The notes beneath the pieces are model-generated. The model had not been told where the DNA came from. It did no database searches and saw only the letters and a list, made by a program, of their open reading frames with translations. From Gemmatales bacterium (lineage in GTDB: Bacteria > Planctomycetota > Planctomycetia > Gemmatales > HRBIN36), in the NCBI GenBank assembly GCA_046350055.1, contig JAXMBC010000001.1, positions 510,660-574,659 of the forward strand: a DNA stretch of 64,000 nt, written 5' to 3'. Position numbers and translations under genes: made by a program. Positions within the stretch are counted from its first letter, which is position 1, and every line of letters starts with the position of its first letter. Shown here one piece after another: positions 8,574 to 17,741 of this stretch.

Positions 8574-10595
8574 TCAATAGTCAACGAGGTCGGATTCCTT
8601 CTGCCAGTGGGGTTGCATCAGCACGCGATTGACGTTGTCGATGTCAATGGTCTTGCTGGCACTGCGAACGGCTTCGATTATGGAGCCGACGCAGAGGTTG
8701 CGTGCCTTGCGCAGCACGCCATCAGCAGAACGGACGATGAGATCGACAGCGGGTTGGGTGAAGGTGTTGTGTCCCAGCCCGACACGATCCAACTCCCGCA
8801 ACAGGAAGTCACGCAGCGAATCGGAGTTCAGACGTTTGGTCACGACGGAGTAGGTGACCCGGCTCTTGATGTCGTGGTTGACACCGAGGTCGAGGTTAGC
8901 CAGCAGACGCGGCTGGCCGATCAGCACCAGGTTGTGGTTCTTGGGGAAGTCCTCGAACAACAATCGCAACTGACGCAGGTTGGCCAAATCCATCAGATGT
9001 GCATCATCAAGGATGGTGGTCACACACTTGCCGGCGTGGTTGAGGTTGAAGGCCTGCTCGATGAGTCGGCGTTCGCACTTGAAGGCGGAACTGTCGAACT
9101 CGACGCGGAAGGCTTCGCAAAGGATCTTCACCGTGTTGGTGTAGGTGTGCAGCGTGCGACCGACGGTAGCGACCAGGTGCTGATTGTCAGGCAACCGCTG
9201 CAAGGCGTGCTTGATGACGCTCTTGCCGGTGCCGGGGCTGCCGAGCACCAGGCACAGACCGCCTTGCTGGCAGTGCACCTTGAGCGTGTCGAAGATCTCC
9301 TGCTGCTGGGGTAACAGAAGCAGTTCGCGAGCATCGAAGGGATTCTGGGTGATGCCGAAGAAGGAGCGGATCATGCCTGCTCCTTTCGGCGTAAGAGGCC
9401 ATTGGCGACCGCATCGAGCAGCCGGGCTGCGGAGTCGTTCGTTCTTGTAGTAGAGGATGACCGTCGGTGACACATCATCCTTGCAGCGTTCGTAGCGGAG
9501 TTGCACTTCCCGGTTGCGCAGATCGACAGGCGTTTCATAACGTCTGCCCTCGAAGCTGAAGGTGTTGTCCTTCTTGACCTGGCGAGTGGCTTCGGCATAG
9601 AAGAGTTCGTCGCTGTGTTCGGAGGGTGCCAGGAAGCGGATGCGATTCAGATCGATGCCGAAGCGGTCGATGGGTTTCATGCCGAGGGCATCGTGCTCGG
9701 TGGCGTTGTAGTCGTGTTCGACCCAGTCGGTGAACTGACGATTGAGCACATCGAGGGAGGAGAGATCGAGCTGGCGGACCAGCAGCTGATCACGCACACG
9801 GCGGAAGAACCGCTCGATCTTGCCCTTGGCTGCCGCATCGCGGACGGCGGTATGTCGCAGGATACAGCCAACGCGAGCGCAGATGAGGGTGATCTCCTGC
9901 GAGCAGTAGATGGAGCCGTTGTCCACCAGCAGTTGTTCGGGCACCCCTCGTTTGTAGAAGGCGGCACGCAGCGTCTGCACCAGTGTCTCGACATTCTCCA
10001 TGAAGAAGAACTCGCCATGACAGATCACCCGGCTGGTATCATCCAGGAAGGCGATCAGCTTGGTCTGCTGACGTGAACCTGATGCGGTCGTGCAGTAGGG
10101 GCCGAACATGGTGTCAGCCTGCCAGAGCTGGTTGGCGAACTGCATGCTGAAGGCCAGGCGTTGCTTGTGATCTTCATTCGCTGGTGCCAGTAACTGGTAC
10201 TCCCGCACAAAGCGGTAGAACGTCGTTTGCGCGATGCGAGCCGGATCAAGCAGCCCCTTCTCGATGCAGAACCGATACAAGGCCATCTTGTTGTGCCGCA
10301 GCTTCTGGAAGTGAGGCTTGGCAGCATTGATAGCTTCGAGGAGTTCTTCGGGAGTGACCTTGCGGGAGTGTCCTTTGTCCTTGCGGGGTTGGGGTGTCAT
10401 GCCGGTGATGCCGTGGTTCTTGTAGCGGTAGAACCAGGTCTGGATGGTACGCCAGGTGAACTGACGTGCGTTGCCTGCTTCATCAAGGAAGGTCATGGAA
10501 GCAACGTGATGGACGCGTTCGTGGCGGGTACGTCCCGGAGCGGTGTCGATGGCACCGAGGACACGCATCTTGAGGTAAACCGACGGCTGCTTCAT
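8574..10595 (-). CDS. Mu-type DDE (rve) transposase continuous in frame with an ExeA/TniB-like AAA+ ATPase
   Basis: The likely start is ATG 10595 (GGAGAA upstream); the ORF-track extension to 10829 looks spurious. DDE signatures are 'LWQADT', 'LLVDNGSIY' and 'GKIERFF'. The ATPase part starts at internal ATG 9374 ('MIRSFFGITQNPF') and has Walker A 'GSPGTGKS' and Walker B 'ILDDAH'. No stop codon separates the two parts. Confidence 0.8.
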   Translation of the reverse strand: MKQPSVYLKMRVLGAIDTAPGRTRHERVHHVASMTFLDEAGNARQFTWRTIQTWFYRYKNHGITGMTPQPRKDKGHSRKVTPEELLEAINAAKPHFQKLRHNKMALYRFCIEKGLLDPARIAQTTFYRFVREYQLLAPANEDHKQRLAFSMQFANQLWQADTMFGPYCTTASGSRQQTKLIAFLDDTSRVICHGEFFFMENVETLVQTLRAAFYKRGVPEQLLVDNGSIYCSQEITLICARVGCILRHTAVRDAAAKGKIERFFRRVRDQLLVRQLDLSSLDVLNRQFTDWVEHDYNATEHDALGMKPIDRFGIDLNRIRFLAPSEHSDELFYAEATRQVKKDNTFSFEGRRYETPVDLRNREVQLRYERCKDDVSPTVILYYKNERLRSPAARCGRQWPLTPKGAGMIRSFFGITQNPFDARELLLLPQQQEIFDTLKVHCQQGGLCLVLGSPGTGKSVIKHALQRLPDNQHLVATVGRTLHTYTNTVKILCEAFRVEFDSSAFKCERRLIEQAFNLNHAGKCVTTILDDAHLMDLANLRQLRLLFEDFPKNHNLVLIGQPRLLANLDLGVNHDIKSRVTYSVVTKRLNSDSLRDFLLRELDRVGLGHNTFTQPAVDLIVRSADGVLRKARNLCVGSIIEAVRSASKTIDIDNVNRVLMQPHWQKESDLVDY

Positions 10596-10780
10596 GAGGA
10601 TTCTCCTGGGTGGAGAGCCATTGCAGCAAAAGGAGGGGGCCTCGCCATGACAGCCTGTGTTGTTGCCTGGATTGGCCGAATCGGGTTCGACCGAAGACGA
10701 CGAGGTGCGCTGGCAGTGTGGCAAGATGCGCAGCCAGCGGGAGTAACACGGTAGTGTCATGCGTGGTGATCGGAGTGAAG

Positions 10781-11317
10781 TTACAGGCAGAAGAGATGGA
10801 TCGTGTGTTGGAATGCGGCGAGAGGACAATCGACTGGAAAGGTGGCTTGCAGATGAGCGATGACCTGGGCTTCAGGGCGGTTGGCTGACAACGTGGGTGA
10901 TGGACAGCGCTTGATCAGTGCAGAACGAAGGGTGCTTTGAGCGCGTTGGAAGCGTTTCCAGAGCCGCTGCCAGGTGCGGTCACTCCGTTCGTATGCCATC
11001 GCACGAGTCGCCGCCGCGAGGCTGCCTGCAATCACCTCTCGCACGAAACGCCACACCACGTGCGTGCTCAGGCTCAAGCGGCGGATTTTGTCCGCCAGCC
11101 AGACACTGAACGTCCGCCCGCAGCCACGCTGAGAATGCCGATTGCTGCAATAGACCCGCCGTGCCCGCAGCACTTGTCGCTGGCTCTCGTCGTAACCCAT
11201 CAGGATGCCATGACGATTCAACGTTCCTGCCACCTGGCAATGGGGACAAGGCATCAGCTTCAGCCGTTCCACCCACTGCGTCCACTCGGCTTCAGTGCGA
11301 TAAAACGAATGCTCCAT
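10781..11317 (-). CDS. Zinc-ribbon protein (transposon-associated, function unknown)
   Basis: 178-aa ORF immediately upstream of the transposase. It contains 'CPHCQ...x29...CSNRHSQRGC'. There is no confident family assignment. Confidence 0.4.
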   Translation of the reverse strand: MEHSFYRTEAEWTQWVERLKLMPCPHCQVAGTLNRHGILMGYDESQRQVLRARRVYCSNRHSQRGCGRTFSVWLADKIRRLSLSTHVVWRFVREVIAGSLAAATRAMAYERSDRTWQRLWKRFQRAQSTLRSALIKRCPSPTLSANRPEAQVIAHLQATFPVDCPLAAFQHTIHLFCL

Positions 11318-11542
11318 GCCTCACCCGAAATCCCACTTCTACCCCAGCAGGCGAGTGCGAGGGAATGGCGAGGTCGAGAGATCTTCAACTGGCGAGGGGC
11401 GAGGGAGCCGACTGCACCGGTCTTACCGAATTACGCACGTACTCCTCCTGCTCATCTACGATGGCAGTTCGTTTCCGTCCGGTGAATCACGTTCTTGACA
11501 GGTTTGCTAACCTCGATCTCTTTCTTTGGAGTCGAGGGTGTT

Positions 11543-11915
11543 ATGGCGAACCGGATGCGGAGTGAGGCGAAGGAGCGGTTGTGGCGGGAGCAGGTGTCGT
11601 CGTGGCAACGGAGTGGGTTGTCGATCCGGCAGTACTGCCAGCAGCATCAGTTGAACGAACCCAACTTCTACGCATGGCGTCGTGAACTGGCACGGCGAGA
11701 CGAAGCCGGTGGCATTCCTGCCCACCCGGTTCCGCGCGCCCATGCCGTCATCCGTGACATGGATGCCGGTTACGGTCGATTCATCAACGACGCCGGTGGT
11801 GGAAGTGCAACTCCCCAATGGGACGGTGCTGCGCGTTCCAGCCGGTGTGGAGCGTGTAACGCTGGAACGCATCCTGACGGCACTGCACCAAGCTACTCAG
11901 GAAGCACAGTCATGA
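11543..11915 (+). pseudogene. IS66 orfA (HTH accessory protein), frameshifted
   Basis: 'MANRMRSEAKERLWREQVSSWQRSGLSIRQYCQQHQLNEPNFYAWRRELARRDEAGG' shifts frame near 11700. The C-terminal half 'SVTWMPVTVDSSTTPVVEVQLPNGTVLRVPAGV' lies in the 11682-11915 frame. Copy 2 (30266-30643) is intact and has one nucleotide fewer in this interval. Confidence 0.65.
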
Positions 11916-12298
11916 TCACGCTGCGACTGCCGGCCCGGGTGTTTTTGTGTCTTGCTCCCACTGATATGCGGAAGAGCTTCGATGGCCTGGCATCGGTGGT
12001 GTCCAGCACGATGGCTGCCGATCCTCTGGCGGGTGATCTGTTCGTCTTCCGCGGCAAGCGTGGCGACCGGATCAAGCTGCTCTATTTCGATGGCGATGGC
12101 TACGCGCTGTGGTACAAGCGACTGGAAGAAGGCACGTTTGTCTTTCCCGCTACCGGGAGCACTCAAGGCGAGTCGGGGCTGTCGATCCGTGCTGCGGACC
12201 TGGTGATGCTGCTGGATGGCGTCGATCTGAGCAGCGTCAAGCGGCAGAAACGCTACCAGCGTCCGTTGCCCCAGGTTGCTCAGGCTGCCTCGGCGTAG
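11912..12298 (+). CDS. IS66 family TnpB (orf2)
   Basis: 'MITLRLPARVFLCLAPTDMRKSFDGLASVV...GDLFVFRGKRGDRIKLLYFDGDGYALWYKRLE' is the typical IS66 orf2 signature. The ATG overlaps the orfA stop. Confidence 0.8.
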   Translation: MITLRLPARVFLCLAPTDMRKSFDGLASVVSSTMAADPLAGDLFVFRGKRGDRIKLLYFDGDGYALWYKRLEEGTFVFPATGSTQGESGLSIRAADLVMLLDGVDLSSVKRQKRYQRPLPQVAQAASA

Positions 12299-13845
12299 CC
12301 TTGTGACTCGGCATCGTCACTGAATCAGAGAGATTTTCCAGAATCGGAATCGAGCTGCGAAACTTCTTCCGCAGTAGAGCGTACTACTAGGCATGAGCAA
12401 GGATGTTCTCCCTCCTGATCCCCTGTCGCTGCCCGAAGATGTCGCGCTGCTCAAGGCGATGATTGTGGAACTGCAGCAAGCCCAGCAGCGTAGTCAACGC
12501 ACCATTGATGGTCTGCAACAACGACTGGAACAACTGCTCAAGCGTCTGTATGGTCCGCGTGGCGAGAAGTTCGACCCTCAGGCGTATGCCCTGTTTCCGG
12601 AACTGAAGGCGCTGCTGGATCAGCCTGCTCCACCCTTAGCACAGCCTGTACAAGAAGCTGGGGCCACACCGAAGAAGTCATCCACGGGTCGTCGCCAGCT
12701 TCCCTCATCCCTTCGCCGTGAACAGCATCGCTACGAACTGCCCGAAGATCAGCGGCAATGCCCGAACTGCCACGTCACCTGCGAACCGTTCAGCGAAGAG
12801 GTGACTGAGCAGCTCGATTACATCCCCGCCAATCTCTTCGTGCACGAGCACATCCGCTGCAAGTATGCCTGCCCCCAGTGCAAAAGCCATGTCGTGACCG
12901 CTCCCAAGCCGGCCCAACCCATCGACAAAGGGCTGCCTGCGGCCGGCCTCATCGCTCATGTCGCCGTGTGCAAGTACAGCGATCATGTACCGCTCCATCG
13001 CCAGGAGCAGATCTTTGCCCGGCATGGCCTGGAACTCCCTCGATCCACGACCTGTGATTGGATGGCGTCAGCTGCAGAACTGCTCAAGCCGCTCTACGAC
13101 GAGATGATCAAAGAGATCCTGCAGTCGCGCCTGCTGCACACGGACGACACGCGGGTGTCGATGCAGGACAAGGCGACACCAGGAAAAACGACCTCGACCC
13201 GCTTCTGGACCTATGTCGGGGATGATGAGCATCCCCTGACAGTCTTCGACTTTACACTCTCACGGCAACGTGATGGCCCCGCCTCCTTCCTGAAGGGTTA
13301 TTCGGGAGCGATTCAGGCCGATGGGTACTCGGCCTACGATGGCATCGCGGCTCAGCGGTAACAACCCACGCGGTGGGTGCTGGGCCCATGCGCGCCGTCA
13401 CTTCCATGACACCGAGAAGACGGCACCACCGATGTATTATGCCGAGGTCATGGCCCGCATCGGTCGGCTGTTTGCCATCGAACGGGACATCAAGGAGCGG
13501 CTGGAGTCGATGACAGAGCAACAAGGCCATCCCGTCGTGGGGACGGCTGCCGATGCGGTGCGCCTGGAGGTACGACAGTTACGCACGATACCGGAGCTTG
13601 AGACGCTACGCCACTTCCTCGACGAGCAGAAGAAGGACGCGTTGCCCAAGAGTCCCTGGGGACAGGCGGTGAACTACGCCCTCAACCAGTGGGACGACTT
13701 GTGTCTCTTCACCACGCTCGGCTGTTTGGCGATAGGTAGAGTCGAGAGGTGGCGGTGGTTTAGGTCAGGCCCATCTGTTGCCGGCCCTTTCGTCTGCCGG
13801 TGCCTCACTCGCCTGACCGTGCTCCGTTTCCACCTCCCGCTCCTC

Positions 13846-13878
13846 GAACCGGACGTGCAGGTTTCCCGCATCCGGCTC
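13846..13878 (-). ncRNA. Group II intron domain V
   Basis: The minus strand reads 'GAGCCGGAUGCGGGAAACCUGCACGUCCGGUUC'. It has the AGC triad, a 2-nt bulge and a GAAA-type loop, close to the consensus GAGCCGUAUGCG..GAAA..CGCACGUACGGUUC. Confidence 0.8.
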
Positions 13879-13890
13879 TCATCCGAATCA

Positions 13891-15219
13891 TCAGGCCTTC
13901 GCATTCGTCTTGGCCACGCGGTGGCTCGGAATTGGGTAAAGCCCCAATTCCTCATACAGGTAGTGGTCCGGAAATCGGTGATGACCCCGGCCGCGACGCT
14001 GAATCCGCCGCATCAGCCAACTGCGGAAACGATTCTCGGTGTACCGGCGGACCGCCCAATACACCTTCGTCACCGGACCCTGGTTGAAGTACCCGCACCA
14101 GCCCCGAAGGATCGGATTGAGCACCTCGACCCGCTCCTCGGGCCGTTGCCAGTTCCAGCGACTACTCGTCTCCTCGTGGATTCGCTTCTTAAGTTTGATC
14201 ACCGCCTTCTTCGAGATGCGTGTGCCGATGAAGGTACGACCCTCTTTGCCGTAGAAACGCCCGACGGTGTAGCCGAGGAAGTCGAACGACTCCTGCGGCA
14301 GTTGCACCAGTCGGGTTTTGGGTTCGTTGACCGTCAGCCCCAGCCGCGTGATAATATTGCGGAACGCGGCCATCGCCGCCGGGCCGTTGCCGGGCCGACA
14401 GCAGATCACCAGATCGTCCGCATAGTTCACCACCCGCGCTTGAAACTGCCGCTCATGACCGAACTGCTTCCACGCCAGAACGAACCGTCGGAAGTACAGG
14501 TTCGCCAGCAACGGCGAGATCACACCGCCCTGAGGCGTGCCGCGGTGAAAGTCCGCGGCAGCCGTCGTGCGTTGCTCCCGTCGCCCCTGCCGCTCCACCG
14601 CCGGTGCTTCGAGCCAGGCTTTTACGACCGACAGCACCCTGCCGTCCGCGATCCGCCGACTCACGCACCGCATCAAAGGGCCGTGGGGAATCGTGTTGAA
14701 GTAGTCGGATAGGTCCGCGTCCACCACTTCCCGCAACCCCGTTCGGCCACATGATAATACGTCCGACGCACTGCCATCTTGGCATCGGCCTCGCTGCGGA
14801 AACCGTACTGCTCGTCGCAGAGGTCCACCTCGAAGATCGGCCCGATGACCAGCAGCACTGCCATCTGCACCACGCGATCCCGAATCGTCGGAATCCCCAG
14901 CGGACGCTGTCCGCCGCTCGCCTTGGGAATCCACACTCTGAGAAGGGGCTGCGGCCGATACTCCTTCCGCCGCAACTCCTCCCGCAACGCCGTCAGCCAC
15001 GGTTCGACGCCATCCGACTCGATGACCGCGAACGACTGGTCGTCCACGCCCGGCACCCCGCCGTTCGCACGGCAACGCCGATACGCTTCCACCAGCACGT
15101 CCCACCGCCACACTTTGTCCCACAGCGTGTAGAACCGACAATCGACGGCCAACTTGGCTTTCGCCTGCAAGCGCCTTCTGCAGCTTCTCAACACTCGAAG
15201 GAGGAGTTGGTAGACTCAT
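13891..15219 (-). pseudogene. Group II intron reverse transcriptase/maturase with two frameshifts
   Basis: The N-terminal RT block ('RANGGVPGVDD...RPLGIPTIRDRVVQMAV...YGFRS') lies in the 14673-15194 frame. The rest ('DADLSDYFNTIPH...GTPQGGVISPLLANLY...NYADDLVI...' plus the maturase X region) lies in the 13891-15282 frame. Confidence 0.75.
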
Positions 15220-15830
15220 CGTCAATCTCCCGGTTGTCGCCGCTTCGTGCGTTCGATCTGAATCAGGGTCCCTTCCCTCCACCGGCGTTACCCGGCTTCA
15301 CGAGTACTACGGACCCATCCGCCATCTGCTCCCACCGCCGCTGGCCCTCACGGGTTCGGCGTTGCTCGAAAGCATGGATGCAGACTTCCCTTGTTGCCTG
15401 GAGAACCATTCGCGTGCGTGCCGTCACCACTACCCCGGAAGAATTGCTCGGTGCACCTAGCGTCGCTTCCCGAACAACGTCGGCCTTCCCCGTTATTGTG
15501 GCGGGTCGGCTTCCCCATTGGCCGTATCGAGGCCTGCTCGGTGTTCACTGAACGTTACGGCCCACACGCCCGCTGACTTCCTTTAACAGAAGCCGTCTCT
15601 GAGAGTGCTTCAGATCATTCGTCGCCTCCTGATCCGCCCCCAGTGCTTCCGGCTGGGACGCTATACGCCGGTCGGGACTTCCACCCGAGGATCCTCCAAG
15701 CCTTTACAAGGCACACACAACAACATCGCCGAGCGGTCACTGCGTGGCATCGCCCTGGGACGACGCAACTGGCTCTTCGTCGGAAGCCCCCAGGGAGGCC
15801 AAACCGCTGCCATCCTCTTCAGCGTGCTCG

Positions 15831-15988
15831 CCAGCTGCAAACGCCATGAAGTCGAACCCTGGGCCTATCTCCGCGACGTGTTGCAACGACTGGCACTGCC
15901 AGCCACTCCTGAAGAGCTACGCCAACTGTTTCCCCATCGCTGGAAGCCAAACCCCGGCACGAAGTGACGGGATTCGTCGGACGCATAC
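15831..15988 (+). repeat. 158-bp IS66 3' end, first copy of a direct duplication
   Basis: 'ccagctgcaaacgccatgaagtcgaaccc...gattcgtcggacgcatac' recurs at 17295-17452 with one visible mismatch. Confidence 0.85.
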
Positions 15989-15993
15989 GCAGT

Positions 15994-17214
15994 TCAGCTA
16001 GATTGGCAACAAAGTACGACCCAAGCGCGGGAAGGAACAGGTAAGCGACTGCGTTGACTCCGTCGCCGTAAGGCGAAGAGCCAGCCGCGAATCACTTGCG
16101 TCCGGAATGCTTCCATGGCTGGCAAGTTGCCAGAGATCGCGTGGTACTGGTAGTAACCTCGTACCACTGAGCCCAGCCACTGGCCTTGCTGCGAAACTGG
16201 AGTGTGACGATACTTCATCAGTGTCGTCTTCACCACTTGCAACTTGGCACGCAGCCGAGCTTTGATCGTCTGTCGGCGAAGCAAGTAGCCCTCGCCATTC
16301 CGAGGTTTTCCACAGATGTGGGTGAACCCCAGAAAATCGAAGGTCTCCGGTTTGCCCAAGCCCCGTTGCTGCCGATTGACTTGGGCGTAACGCCCAAATT
16401 CAATCAGCCGGGTCTTGTTCGCATGCAGGCAAAGACTGAATCGCTTCAGGCGTTCCCGAAGGTCCGCCAGAAAACGCCTTGCGTCCGCCACGTTCTGGAA
16501 TCCCACTACGAAGTCATCCGCATAGCGAACGAGGATGACTTCGCCGGTGGCGTGTTTCTTCCGCCACTGGTGAGCCCAGAGATCGAAGACATAATGCAGG
16601 TAAACATTCGCCAGGAACGGTGATGCCACCGAACCTTGCGGAGTTCCCACCGTCGTCTTCGACCTGGCACCTTGCTCCGAGACTCCTGCCCTGAGCCATT
16701 TCTGAATCAGACGCAAGATTCTCGGATCTGCCACGCGATGCTCGATGAACTTGAGCAGCCATTCATGGCTAATGGTGTCGAAGAAGACCTGAATATCCGC
16801 ATCGAGTATCCACCTCACCCGTTTTCGTGCCAGCCCTACCCAAAGTGAATCCAACGCATCATGTTGGCTACGCCCTGGACGGAAACCATACGAAAACCCC
16901 AGGAAGTCTTCCTCGTGGATCGCCTCCAGTACAGTCACCACTGCCCGTTGGACTAGCTTGTCCTCCAGGGAAGCAATGCCTATCGGACGCTCCCGACCAT
17001 CGGCCTTCGGTATGAAGACGCGACGACTAGGTTGTGCTCGATAGGTTCCGCTGTGGACTCGCCTGTGCAAGTCCATGAGACGCTCTTCGAGACCTTCCTG
17101 ATACTGTTGCCAGGTCACCCGATCCACTCCGGGAGCAGCACTTCGCTTGAGGGCGAAAAAGCTTTCACGCAGCAGGTCGATGGTGACATGATGCAACAGT
17201 GCGGTGAAGCGCAT
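15994..17214 (-). pseudogene. Group II intron-type reverse transcriptase, 3'-truncated/frameshifted and without ribozyme domains
   Basis: True start 'MRFTALLHHVTIDLL' at 17214. RT motifs are 'RPIGIASLEDKLVQ', 'SYGFRPGRSQHDAL', 'GTPQGSVASPFLAN' and 'YADDFVVGF'. The C-terminus degenerates after 'RRRSQRS'. Only ~80 nt lie upstream and ~5 nt downstream before the IS66 sequences. Confidence 0.7.
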
Positions 17215-17294
17215 CCGCTTCTCCCGCTGTGCCACTTTGCGCACACGCCACAGTGGAGACGACGCCAAGCCCCGGCTCTGTGTCCGGCTGGCGG

Positions 17295-17452
17295 CCAGCT
17301 GCAAACGCCATGAAGTCGAACCCTGGGCCTATCTCCGCGACGTGTTGCAACGACTGACACTGCCAGCCACTCCTGAAGAGCTACGCCAACTGTTTCCCCA
17401 TCGCTGGAAGCCAAACCCCGGCACGAAGTGACGGGATTCGTCGGACGCATAC
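17295..17452 (+). repeat. 158-bp IS66 3' end, second copy (solo right-end fragment)
   Basis: It is a direct repeat of 15831-15988 and encodes the same TnpC C-terminus ('CKRHEVEPWAYLRDVLQRL.LPATPEELRQLFPHRWKPNPGTK'). Confidence 0.85.
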
Positions 17453-17634
17453 AGACTACACCTTCCACCCTGTCTCTGGGATCGCACCCCATGCTTCCTC
17501 TTCATCACCTTGCCAGCAGCGTCGTATACCCCTTCTCCAGATTGCGCAGTAATTCGGGAATCGGGCCACTTTTTGATCGAAATCTATACAGCGTTTATTT
17601 GGTAACAACTACGATCAGAAAAAAGACGGGGACA
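17453..17634 (-). repeat. Terminal segment of the Mu/Tn552-like transposon (inverted, ends 'cggggaca' at 17634)
   Basis: It aligns by eye with 30063-30170 (copy 2) and with the reverse complement of 7976-8150. It contains 'aattcgggaatcgggcc'. Confidence 0.65.
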
Positions 17635-17741
17635 TCTAGCCACCTGACCTCGCTAATACCGCTCCTCTGACCACTCCGCTTTGGGGTTCGCCATACGTAT
17701 CTCCTTCACTGCTTGGAATGAGATCGAGGCTAACATACCTG

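Larger units (their letters stand above)
7976..11317 (-). mobile_element. Mu/Tn552-like transposon, copy 1, with one terminus at 7976 and the far end not identified
   Basis: The 'tgtccccg' terminus is at 7976, and TTCCCGAATT occurs at 8005 and 8050. The minus-strand gene set is a zinc-ribbon ORF, a DDE transposase-ATPase and a CHC2 zinc-finger gene. The opposite terminus was not found, and the element abuts IS66 at 11471. Confidence 0.6.
13736..15716 (-). mobile_element. Group II intron (1981 nt), antisense within IS66 tnpC
   Basis: On the minus strand it begins GTGTGCC and ends CTCTAC. It contains an RT/maturase ORF followed 13 nt later by a canonical domain V. Removing 13736-15716 restores the tnpC reading frame. 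Confidence 0.75.
12393..15967 (+). pseudogene. IS66 family DDE transposase (TnpC), frameshifted and split by a group II intron
   Basis: It has an N-terminal coiled coil and a zinc ribbon ('CPNCH...CPQCK'). A frameshift near 13360 precedes 'GCWAHARRHFHD'. Coding stops at 13735 and resumes at 15717 ('NNIAERSLRGIALGRRNWLFVGSPQGG'). Joining the two parts restores the IS66 'IDNN' motif. Confidence 0.8.
11471..15988 (+). mobile_element. IS66-family element, copy 1, carrying a nested group II intron
   Basis: Imperfect terminal inverted repeats: 'gtttccgtccggtgaatcacg' at 11471 versus the reverse complement of '...cgggattcgtcggacgcatac' ending at 15988. It has the three-gene IS66 layout and is flanked by GCAGTTC at 11464-11470 and 15989-15995. 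Confidence 0.8.

Noticed and set aside
10596-10829. 78-codon N-terminal extension of the 751-aa transposase ORF
   Set aside because: It has no RBS and overlaps the upstream zinc-ribbon ORF. ATG 10595 has a GGAGAA Shine-Dalgarno sequence, and the conserved transposase sequence begins there.
11404-11444. Plus-strand sequence 'gagccgactgcaccgg...acgcacgtactcc', resembling the halves of a group II domain V
   Set aside because: The proposed helix does not pair beyond 3 bp, and the orientation is opposite to the neighbouring RT fragment. It is probably coincidental.
13321-14712. 463-aa ORF
   Set aside because: It is a chimera. Its first ~138 codons are genuine IS66 TnpC, and the rest is read-through into the antisense strand of the group II intron RT.
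14751-15551. 266-aa ORF, plus 14779-15132 and 15348-15576
   Set aside because: They are antisense to or overlap the intron RT and ribozyme region, and have no recognisable motifs.
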